A DNA stretch of 64,000 nt, taken from IMG/VR virus record IMGVR_UViG_3300028914_000001, positions 317,489-381,488 of that record; one strand, given 5' to 3'. A model generated the notes under the pieces. That model saw only the letters and a program-made list of their open reading frames with translations. It did no database searches and was not told where the DNA came from. The position numbers and the translations under genes are program-made. This stretch comes from a virus (Duplodnaviria; Heunggongvirae; Uroviricota; Caudoviricetes). Below, piece by piece: positions 56,607 to 64,000 of the stretch (positions are counted from its first letter, which is position 1; the number at the start of each line of letters is the position of its first letter).

Positions 56607-57797
56607 TTATTCTTCCTTGGCATAGTCCAAGATGTTCTTGTGTTCAGTTTCCTTTGCATTGCCCTGTTGAGCCTTGTTATCTTCCGTCGGTTTCTGCGGC
56701 GTATTTACCGTTTTCTGCTCCGTAGGTTTCTGGGAAGAGCTTTCGTCAATGCAGTCGCTGTCCTTGATGTTTTCGGCAAGCTGGAACGTATTAGGTTTCA
56801 TCTTGTCTCCACTTGCGTTCTCTGCGTCGCATCTTGCAATCCACCACTTGAACTGGTCACGGTCCTTCACATGCTTGATGACATATGTCCTAGCGGCTGC
56901 CCTAGACTTGAAGAATCCGATACGGACACGCCATACATCCTTGCGGCTAGAGTTATGCGCTTGACCATCGTACTGATAAATATACACGCCTTTCACGCCT
57001 TCGTCAAATTCGTGCTTTGCCTGGTATGCGGCGGTCTTTTTGTTATTGCTGCTGTATGACACGAGGTTAACAACGTATGGGTATTTAGGGTTGCATTGCT
57101 CGCCTCTGATTTCTTGGAAATCACTGTCCTTCCATTTGTACTGCGGGGCCGGGGCCTTCTTCTCTGGTTTTTGTAGTTCCTGTGTCTTGACAGGCGCTTC
57201 GGTAACCTTCTTTGGTTCCGGGCATACTGGCGGGCATTCGACCTTCGGCGGTTCAACCTTCGGCGGTTCAACCTTCGGTTCTGGTTGCCTTACGGGAGTA
57301 GGAGGTTCTACCTGCGGAGGAGGTGGAGGAACATTGTCCCAAGCATCGTTGGCATGCATGTTGACACGAGCTTCATATCCTCTCGGGTCAATCTTTTGTC
57401 GTGAGCGGTTCATTTCGATTTGTTCGTAATGCTTGTCGGCTGCGTTTCCTCTGGGGTTAAACTTCTGCCAAGCGATTACGTTTGCCCCTGTGGGAGGTTG
57501 CAGGCTTGCATTTCGGGCGACAGCGTCGTTTCCGTTGAAGCGTGTCTTTTCACTCCATCTGTTCGTTTTACGAGGGTCGGTTGCGCCAAGTCCAGTCCTG
57601 AAACGAACCCCCTCCCTGGTTACACCCTCACGGTACTCGAACAAGGCTCTGTGTGCGTTAGCTACTGCCTCGACAAGTTCACGGGGAGCGATTTCGCTTA
57701 CTGCCTCGACGAAGGCACGAAAGCGCTTCTTTGCAATCCTTTTTGGACTAAGTGTGCCTTCCATCAAGGCTACATCGTATTTTTCCCTATTATTCAT
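56607..57797 (-). CDS. SPOR (peptidoglycan-binding)-like domain protein with Pro-rich linker
   Basis: YVVNLVSYS..A..WRVRIGFFKSRAAA; EPPKV repeats. Confidence 0.65.
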   Translation of the reverse strand: MNNREKYDVALMEGTLSPKRIAKKRFRAFVEAVSEIAPRELVEAVANAHRALFEYREGVTREGVRFRTGLGATDPRKTNRWSEKTRFNGNDAVARNASLQPPTGANVIAWQKFNPRGNAADKHYEQIEMNRSRQKIDPRGYEARVNMHANDAWDNVPPPPPQVEPPTPVRQPEPKVEPPKVEPPKVECPPVCPEPKKVTEAPVKTQELQKPEKKAPAPQYKWKDSDFQEIRGEQCNPKYPYVVNLVSYSSNNKKTAAYQAKHEFDEGVKGVYIYQYDGQAHNSSRKDVWRVRIGFFKSRAAARTYVIKHVKDRDQFKWWIARCDAENASGDKMKPNTFQLAENIKDSDCIDESSSQKPTEQKTVNTPQKPTEDNKAQQGNAKETEHKNILDYAKEE

Positions 57798-57815
57798 AGC
57801 ATTCTCCTTAAACCG

Positions 57816-59375
57816 TTATTGTGCATCGCCTGCATCGAACATTTCGTGCAGGGCTTCGCTAAGACCGTCTATTTTCAAAGCCTCGTTAATTGCTTCCTGG
57901 TCAGTCTCGTTTGCAGATGAATATTCTTTAAGCATCTCTTTCGCCTTGCTTTCGTCACCGTCGTTCAGGAACATGAAGTATGCGGTGAGCAAGGAACCGA
58001 CGAGCGCACCGACAGTTTTTCCTGTCGTACTGTCAAATCCGAGCAACTGCGCTCCGTATTTACCAGCGATGCCTCCACCAATCACGGCGATTGCCTTGGC
58101 TACCGTCTTGGCTGTATCCATCTTGCTTCCGTCAATGTCAATCCATTCGAGGTTGATATCTTCCGGGTTAGTGATGATATCGTACAGCTTGTAGCCGCCA
58201 TAAGTCAGTCCGGCAAGGGCACCAAGTTTGAGCGCTCCCTTGAATGCTTTCCATGCCCCAATCCTTACTTGGTTCACCGTTCCGATTACAGGAATCCTGT
58301 TGATGAGTGAGTTGAGCAAACCGGGTTTACCGAATCTTGCATAGAACGGGATTCCGTACTGGTCAACATACATTCCTGCATTAGGGTTGCCGTTGAATCT
58401 CCTGTTTCTCTCGCTGAACGGGTTACGATTGGCTTGTGCGTTACCGAAGTACCGGGAGCTTGGCTGCGACAACCTGGCTTCTCTATTGACCATGTTGATT
58501 CGTTGGTCGATTTCATTTAATTGCGGTTGGTACCTCTGGATTACCTCATCACGGGCCTTATAATGGTCATTAACGAGCTTGTTTAGTCGTTTTTTGTGGT
58601 TTACAGGCAGGATTGGTGCTATCTTCTGCTGCTCTTCGAGCTTTCTGAGATTTTCTTTGAACGAGTTCTCTAGTTGTTCTATCTCTTGGTTTCGGGCGAA
58701 CTCTATCTGTTCCTTTGAGTTTGCCAGTTCATTGACATTGAAGTTCCTCGAACCTTTGTTGAATCCGATGTCCATCATTTCGTTGTACTCGGTTCCTGCT
58801 TTGCCGGATGCCTTGAACCTCAGGTCGTTCATCTTTTGACGAACCTTTTGTCTGCTGTCAAATAGCTTTTCAGCCTTCTTTGCGTTTCTGCCGCTGAGAT
58901 TGTATGGGTCGAGGCCCATTATCCTGTCAAGACGCTCGGACAGTTTAGCATCCTTGGTTGCGAGCTTGCCAAACTTCTCCAATCGGTTGGCTTTTCTGCC
59001 AGCGGTCGAAAACAGGTTCTTTACCCAAGTCATCGGGCCTTCCATAAGAATCTGTATCTGCTGGTCGTCAAGGCTTTCAAGGAAGTTCACCTTTTCATTA
59101 TCGCTCATGCTATCGACCAACGCCGTCAAATTCTGCTGGTCTTCAAGGCTCATGATGCTAGGCGAAGCTTCGGCAACATCCGTTATGACCTGCTCGTCGG
59201 CTGCCGTATCTACTACGTCATCTACGGCGTCCTTTACGGCAGTTGCCACGGTATCGGCAACTTGTTCGGCATCCTGTGCCCCAAACAGTGCGTTATGGAG
59301 CTGCATGACGCTTTCAAGCTGGTTCTTCGAGAGAATCTTTCTCGCCGATTGCTCAAATAGCTGCTTATTGTTCAT
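57816..59375 (-). CDS. putative head-internal/ejection protein
   Basis: Late motif upstream, shared leader, Gly-rich hydrophobic helices near C-terminus. Confidence 0.55.
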   Translation of the reverse strand: MNNKQLFEQSARKILSKNQLESVMQLHNALFGAQDAEQVADTVATAVKDAVDDVVDTAADEQVITDVAEASPSIMSLEDQQNLTALVDSMSDNEKVNFLESLDDQQIQILMEGPMTWVKNLFSTAGRKANRLEKFGKLATKDAKLSERLDRIMGLDPYNLSGRNAKKAEKLFDSRQKVRQKMNDLRFKASGKAGTEYNEMMDIGFNKGSRNFNVNELANSKEQIEFARNQEIEQLENSFKENLRKLEEQQKIAPILPVNHKKRLNKLVNDHYKARDEVIQRYQPQLNEIDQRINMVNREARLSQPSSRYFGNAQANRNPFSERNRRFNGNPNAGMYVDQYGIPFYARFGKPGLLNSLINRIPVIGTVNQVRIGAWKAFKGALKLGALAGLTYGGYKLYDIITNPEDINLEWIDIDGSKMDTAKTVAKAIAVIGGGIAGKYGAQLLGFDSTTGKTVGALVGSLLTAYFMFLNDGDESKAKEMLKEYSSANETDQEAINEALKIDGLSEALHEMFDAGDAQ

Positions 59376-59401
59376 ATTTTAACTCAATGCTTAACTGCAA
59401 A

Positions 59402-59410
59402 TAGTTTATA
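59402..59410 (-). promoter_or_regulatory. putative late promoter
   Basis: TATAAACTA on minus strand. Confidence 0.6.
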
Positions 59411-59428
59411 ACCTTTTCTGAAGCCCTG

Positions 59429-59457
59429 TTGACAATATCTGGTGTTTTTTCTATTTT
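59429..59457 (+). promoter_or_regulatory. sigma70-type promoter
   Basis: TTGACA-N17-TATTTT. Confidence 0.65.
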
Positions 59458-59477
59458 TACATGAAAAGGAAAAAGAT

Positions 59478-60275
59478 ATGGAAGAAAAAGTTCCTAACCT
59501 ATATGAGTTGAGCGAAATCCTGTGGAGCGCCTTCCGAGACATATATTTCGAGGAGGAAGGCCACCGTTATACCGATTCCGAGGGTAACGTGTACAAGTCT
59601 GTATCTACGGTCATCGAGGAGCATCATGACGAGTTCAATGAAAAAGAAGTCGCTCCCCACACGGCAGCGAAAATGACTAGGGAACTCAAGCGGGTCGTGA
59701 CTACGAAAGAAGTGCTGGACATGTGGCACGACAAGAACAACTACGGGAAGGATATCGGGCACGAGGTTCACAGCGTAATGGAAAACCTGTGGGCGAGAAA
59801 GTCCTATTTCCATAAGTTTAAAAAACGTTACAAGTACGACGATATCCAGGCTGATTTTGAAAGGCGTATACCAAAATGTAAAACTTTATTTTCAAAACTG
59901 GCTGAAAGGTATGTTCCCATCAGGACTGAGCTTCCTGTTTACGACAAGAAGCACCTCATTTGTGGAACCATGGATATCCTCTTATATGACAAGCAGACGG
60001 GAAAGCTTGTAATAGGTGACTGGAAAACGAATTCACACCTTGATTTTGAACCGAAGCCGTATACAACCCCGATGTATTCTCCGTTCGAAAACTTCTATGA
60101 CATAAACTATCATCACTACTGCATACAGCTTAGCATGTACAAGGCGATACTTGAACTGAATACACCCCTGAAAGTCGGGGCAATGTGGATATGCCACATT
60201 CCTGCCGAGGGGGAAGCCAAGCCGTATGGAATCATAGATGTGTCAGATGTAATCAAGAGGACTATACTCGCATGA
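59478..60275 (+). CDS. PD-(D/E)XK exonuclease (RecB/Cas4-like)
   Basis: SVST, GHEVH, E, GTMD, IGDWKT, QLSMY. Confidence 0.88.
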   Translation: MEEKVPNLYELSEILWSAFRDIYFEEEGHRYTDSEGNVYKSVSTVIEEHHDEFNEKEVAPHTAAKMTRELKRVVTTKEVLDMWHDKNNYGKDIGHEVHSVMENLWARKSYFHKFKKRYKYDDIQADFERRIPKCKTLFSKLAERYVPIRTELPVYDKKHLICGTMDILLYDKQTGKLVIGDWKTNSHLDFEPKPYTTPMYSPFENFYDINYHHYCIQLSMYKAILELNTPLKVGAMWICHIPAEGEAKPYGIIDVSDVIKRTILA

Positions 60276-60757
60276 CTTTCGACGAAATAGACAGGATGCT
60301 GCTAGGATGCGGATTATCGAAAAACGTTGTAAAGACTTGGAAAGACTCCAAATCCAGCGCTTTCTATATCCCGTCCGCATGTAAATACGATGACGCAGCT
60401 TTCCTTGCTAAGATGTCGCAGACTTGTGTCGCCATGCTTACTGACACGACGCTTCGCCTATACCCGTTCTACTCTCCAGAGGAAATCAACAAGCTGTCGT
60501 TCACCGACAGTAGTTCCTTCCTCAGCAATATCAATTTTGACAAGCTTGATGATACCCCTCAGGCAAAAATTGTAGTTGAATTTTATGAAAAATATGCAAA
60601 TAACCCCATGTTGAACCGTGTAGACAACAAGGTAACGGTCAACTCAGTGTCAATCAACGACGTAAAGGCGGGTTTTAAAGTATTCGTTGTTGACATGCTT
60701 ACTATGCAGCGTAAACTTAGGCAAATGAAGGCTGACAGGATACTTGCGGACTTTTAA
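60272..60757 (+). CDS. hypothetical protein
   Basis: Coupled ATGA overlap. Confidence 0.6.
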   Translation: MTFDEIDRMLLGCGLSKNVVKTWKDSKSSAFYIPSACKYDDAAFLAKMSQTCVAMLTDTTLRLYPFYSPEEINKLSFTDSSSFLSNINFDKLDDTPQAKIVVEFYEKYANNPMLNRVDNKVTVNSVSINDVKAGFKVFVVDMLTMQRKLRQMKADRILADF

Positions 60758-60774
60758 TTTTAGCCATTAGTTAT

Positions 60775-61158
60775 ATGAGTAAAAACGAAACAGAAAAACA
60801 ATATTCACCAATCGTAAAGGAAGAACCCTGGTTTCTTCAAGAGGCTCTAACCATAGGTCTTAAACTTCTTCATAAAAAGACAGAAGACTGTGCCCCCAAT
60901 GAGGTCGTGTATGTATTCATACACCGATTCGTAATAGTACGGATAAGGGTAAAGTTTGATAAGGCCAGCGGAATATTGAGCACTGGACATGTCGAACAGA
61001 TTGGCCGTTTGCATTACAAGGAAGGCGAATTTTCTTTCGATGCCCGTCCAAAGGATGGGTTGCTATTCGCCGTTCAAGACGAAAGGAATACAATCGACAG
61101 TTTTCTTTCTATTTTGAATGTGAAGTTGCTCGAACCCGAGGTAAATAATGTATTTTAA
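60775..61158 (+). CDS. hypothetical protein
   Basis: ORF in operon. Confidence 0.6.
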   Translation: MSKNETEKQYSPIVKEEPWFLQEALTIGLKLLHKKTEDCAPNEVVYVFIHRFVIVRIRVKFDKASGILSTGHVEQIGRLHYKEGEFSFDARPKDGLLFAVQDERNTIDSFLSILNVKLLEPEVNNVF

Positions 61159-61191
61159 CTACGCTACGGCGTAACAACCCAGAGGTATTTT

Positions 61192-61746
61192 ATGCAGGAC
61201 CCGATTCTTGAATTTCTTAGTCAACTTCCAGGTGTAACCAAGGTGACCCCTATGGATTACCGCCAATACCGCCGCATGAACGCTGATTTGGCACAAAGGC
61301 GTGTAAACCCGGAAACCCCCAATGCCGCCACATCCAATCAGGAAATGGCGAATAAAATCAACGAGCTGTACAACGAACTCAACCAGAAGGAGAGGGACTT
61401 GGGTGAAACCCGCAAGGCGCTCAGAAGCTTGCAGGAAACCCTCCTTGATTTTCGTCGTCGTGCAGAACATGCTGAACAGGATGCTGCAACCGCCCGTAAA
61501 AGTTACAATGAGCTTTCCGCCGAGTATAACAAACTGCTCGATAGCCACCGTGCAGTGAAGGCCGCCCTCAGAGCCGCAAAGAACCAGACAGTCTACACGG
61601 CTTCCAACCATCCCCCTGTCGCAAGTGTCGACTTCGCCTTCCCTGGCACCAAGGATAAAACTGCGGTGTCCACCCCAGAGGTCGATGCAATCGACCTCCC
61701 GCTGTCAGCAGCAGAAAATATCATCGACACATTGCTGAGGGGATAA
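61192..61746 (+). CDS. coiled-coil protein
   Basis: Heptad pattern; GAGG RBS. Confidence 0.65.
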   Translation: MQDPILEFLSQLPGVTKVTPMDYRQYRRMNADLAQRRVNPETPNAATSNQEMANKINELYNELNQKERDLGETRKALRSLQETLLDFRRRAEHAEQDAATARKSYNELSAEYNKLLDSHRAVKAALRAAKNQTVYTASNHPPVASVDFAFPGTKDKTAVSTPEVDAIDLPLSAAENIIDTLLRG

Positions 61747-62237
61747 TGGATATATCCAAGTTTCGTAACGAGGAAGGGATAATCACCACGGAGACCTACA
61801 ACAGGCTCTACAACGAGTACAAGGAAAAGTGCGACAAGATTATACCCCTTGGTGAAAAGTATGTCCTGAACAAGGCTGGGACCATCGGGGATGTAACACT
61901 CGCCGAAGGCGCCACCTTCGTAATCGAGCTTGCATACACTGTTGCATACACCCCGCAAATCAACAGGATTGACCTCGTGGTTTCGTTCGAAAATGGGGAG
62001 TGCGCCGTGTTCGATGACATCGACGAACTGCTCTCCGTTCTCAAGACGCTTGATTTTTCGGTTTACAAGAAGGAGCTTGTCGAAAAGCTCGACTTCCTCA
62101 GGGAAGAGACAATCAAGCTGTTCCGCATGATGCAGGCTAACGATGTCGAACTCCTTCTCGAACTGAAAGGGGTATTCCGCAAAATCGAAAAATATGCAGT
62201 TGACGCAGATTATTCAGTCAAGATAAAAGATAGGTAA
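61746..62237 (+). CDS. hypothetical protein
   Basis: Coupled ORF. Confidence 0.65.
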   Translation: MDISKFRNEEGIITTETYNRLYNEYKEKCDKIIPLGEKYVLNKAGTIGDVTLAEGATFVIELAYTVAYTPQINRIDLVVSFENGECAVFDDIDELLSVLKTLDFSVYKKELVEKLDFLREETIKLFRMMQANDVELLLELKGVFRKIEKYAVDADYSVKIKDR

Positions 62238-62241
62238 CGCT

Positions 62242-62748
62242 ATGCTAGTTAATAAAATTTTGAAGCTTTGCAAGGATTGCGGGCTTGAGAATGACCCGGT
62301 GAAAGCCGCTGCTGACATGGGCACTTCCATGCCGATTAAGAACGGAAAGTGGAGTGAGAAGGTATTCTTCGACGGTGAATCCGGGTATGCCATGTGCCTT
62401 ACGGAGAAACATGTTCCAGCCAAGTATTATGACCGTGGCGGAAACGAAATACTCTACATGGACACGTTCACATCGGACAAGGAGGGTACATTCGTCAAGA
62501 ACCTGACGCTGTTCCTCCCGATGCTGAATCGAAGCGGAAAACTTGTGTTCGTGAAACGGGCCGTCGCATCTGAAATCTATCAAAAAGAATTGATTTTGAA
62601 TGGGCTCGAAGAATCGTTCATTCTCGGCGAGGACTCGTACGAATCTTTCGTTCCTGAAATTCAGGTTCCCGAATGCGAGGACGCCGTCGTCGATATCATC
62701 AAGAAATACATCACCAATGTCGCTGCCGTATGCCGCACTTTGGTATAA
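62242..62748 (+). CDS. hypothetical protein
   Basis: ORF in operon. Confidence 0.65.
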   Translation: MLVNKILKLCKDCGLENDPVKAAADMGTSMPIKNGKWSEKVFFDGESGYAMCLTEKHVPAKYYDRGGNEILYMDTFTSDKEGTFVKNLTLFLPMLNRSGKLVFVKRAVASEIYQKELILNGLEESFILGEDSYESFVPEIQVPECEDAVVDIIKKYITNVAAVCRTLV

Positions 62749-62752
62749 ACTG
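62744..62752 (+). promoter_or_regulatory. putative late promoter
   Basis: TATAAACTG. Confidence 0.6.
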
Positions 62753-62776
62753 TAGAAGAATTAACGAGGTCTATAT

Positions 62777-64000
62777 ATGAGAATGTATACCAAGCAAGAA
62801 ATGGCAGAAATCGAGGCCGAACTCGCCCACATGAAAACTGCTGCGTCAGACTCAAAATCACCCGTCGCTGTATTTATGCCGATTATAAATAGTTTCGACT
62901 GGGTACCAGTTCGTGAAGGCGAGACTAACACAATAGTTCTCGCATCAAATTACGGCGATGATATTGACAACGGTTGTATCATCTACAATCCTGAATTTAT
63001 TCACCAGTTGGCTATGGACGACGATACTGTTACGTTCTTTGCTATCATCGCAACGATGGGGCTTGGCGTAAAGTGCGGATACTATGATTATCGTAACGGC
63101 GATGGCGAAGCCCATACGAAGGCCGTGCAAATCATGATGGCCAATTCAGGCATTTTCAACACGCTAATGACTGGTAGTTCGGTCTTCAAGGAGAGGGTTG
63201 CTGCATTGCAGGCGTTGTATTCCAACCCGGCGACTATGCAGAAAGTCGAGGAAGTGTGCGAAAGCCTCGATAAAGAGCTTACTGACGATGACATGAACTT
63301 GGAAACAATCCGAAGATATATCATGCTGTACCAGCAGAATATCTCCGAACAGCTTCCTCCGGCATTTGGAGGAATGACTGCGCAAGATAATAAGCCGCAA
63401 CAAGGTCAGCAAGGACAGGGCCAAGGTCAGCAACAGCAGGGCCAAGGTCAGCAAGGGCAGTCTCAGGACCAACAAGGTCAAAACCAGCCAGGTCAGAGCA
63501 GTTCTAAAACGAAAAGCCAGTTAGGTGCGGCTCTTCAAAAGTATAAGCAATCCCAAGGTCAGCAAGGGCAGGGTCAAGGTCAGCAACAGCAGGGCCAAGG
63601 TCAGCAAGGACAGTCTCAGGGCCAGCAAGGTCAAAACCAGCAAGGTCAAGGCCAGTCGGGTGGACAACAGGATAACCCACAAGATATTGCAAACCAGGGT
63701 AAAACCGACAGTAAGAATGCAAATTCTGCTGCTAGAAAGTGTTCAAGGGTATGTGGAAACTCTGCTGAGGCTCAGGAGGCTGCATCTGAAATGCAAAGTG
63801 CGGCCAAGGAAATGAAGAGTGCGTCTGAAGAGTATGAACGGGCTGCCAATGAAGGAAAGCAGCAAGAAATGCAGAATGCTGCAAATAAGATGCAAGAGGC
63901 TTCAAGTAAAATGCAGCAGGCTGCACAGAAGATGAAGCAAGCAATGGAAAATGCTGGAGTGGACCCGTCCGACGATGACGATGCACAGGACATGCAGGAT
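62777..64000 (+). CDS. DUF2201-like N-terminal domain protein with Gln/Gly-rich linker (3'-truncated by window edge)
   Basis: Frame open to window end, GAGG RBS; IIYNPEFI motif; QGQQGQ repeats; not in ORF track. Confidence 0.75.
   Translation, partial: MRMYTKQEMAEIEAELAHMKTAASDSKSPVAVFMPIINSFDWVPVREGETNTIVLASNYGDDIDNGCIIYNPEFIHQLAMDDDTVTFFAIIATMGLGVKCGYYDYRNGDGEAHTKAVQIMMANSGIFNTLMTGSSVFKERVAALQALYSNPATMQKVEEVCESLDKELTDDDMNLETIRRYIMLYQQNISEQLPPAFGGMTAQDNKPQQGQQGQGQGQQQQGQGQQGQSQDQQGQNQPGQSSSKTKSQLGAALQKYKQSQGQQGQGQGQQQQGQGQQGQSQGQQGQNQQGQGQSGGQQDNPQDIANQGKTDSKNANSAARKCSRVCGNSAEAQEAASEMQSAAKEMKSASEEYERAANEGKQQEMQNAANKMQEASSKMQQAAQKMKQAMENAGVDPSDDDDAQDMQD
63401..63640 (+). repeat. ~87-bp imperfect direct repeat of CAAGGTCAG-rich units (Gln/Gly coding)
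   Basis: Copies starting near 63401 and 63554. Confidence 0.8.

Noticed and set aside
57230-57330. 15-bp tandem repeat as a regulatory element
   Set aside because: Encodes the EPPKV Pro-rich linker of the minus-strand gene.
59478-60275. Cas4-like nuclease as sign of a CRISPR system
   Set aside because: No repeat-spacer array or other cas genes; stand-alone PD-(D/E)XK nucleases are common in phages.
63401-63650. CAAGGTCAG repeats as a CRISPR array or origin iterons
   Set aside because: They are in-frame Gln/Gly codons with synonymous variation and no unique spacers.

Overview
This 64-kb window is part of a large lytic, T4-like/jumbo-type dsDNA phage genome, with no rRNA or housekeeping context. 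It is densely packed with small orphan genes driven by repeated sigma70-type promoters (TTGACA-N17-TATATT). A second motif, TATAAACT, resembles a T4 late promoter and precedes probable virion genes. Recognisable genes: thyA (partial), folA, nrdG, a family-B DNA polymerase, a PD-(D/E)XK nuclease, a MoxR/VWA pair, a tRNA-Arg(CCG), an AT-rich glycosylation island and a second glycosyltransferase pair. Two candidate systems stand out. (1) A complete four-step deamidating NAD+ salvage route (PncA, PncB, NadM-Nudix, NadE) clustered with macrodomain, SLOG and NADAR genes. It differs from the described phage NAD reconstitution pathways NARP1 and NARP2. (2) Three truncated or degenerate paralogues of core head-assembly proteins (prohead protease, major capsid protein fragment, terminase ATPase domain) among accessory genes, which may be decoys for host pattern-recognition defences. 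Also noted: a shared N-terminal leader on late proteins, an ADP-ribosyltransferase-like late protein with an internal late promoter, and apparent absence of GATC and CGCG. All family calls are motif recognition by eye; no searches were run.
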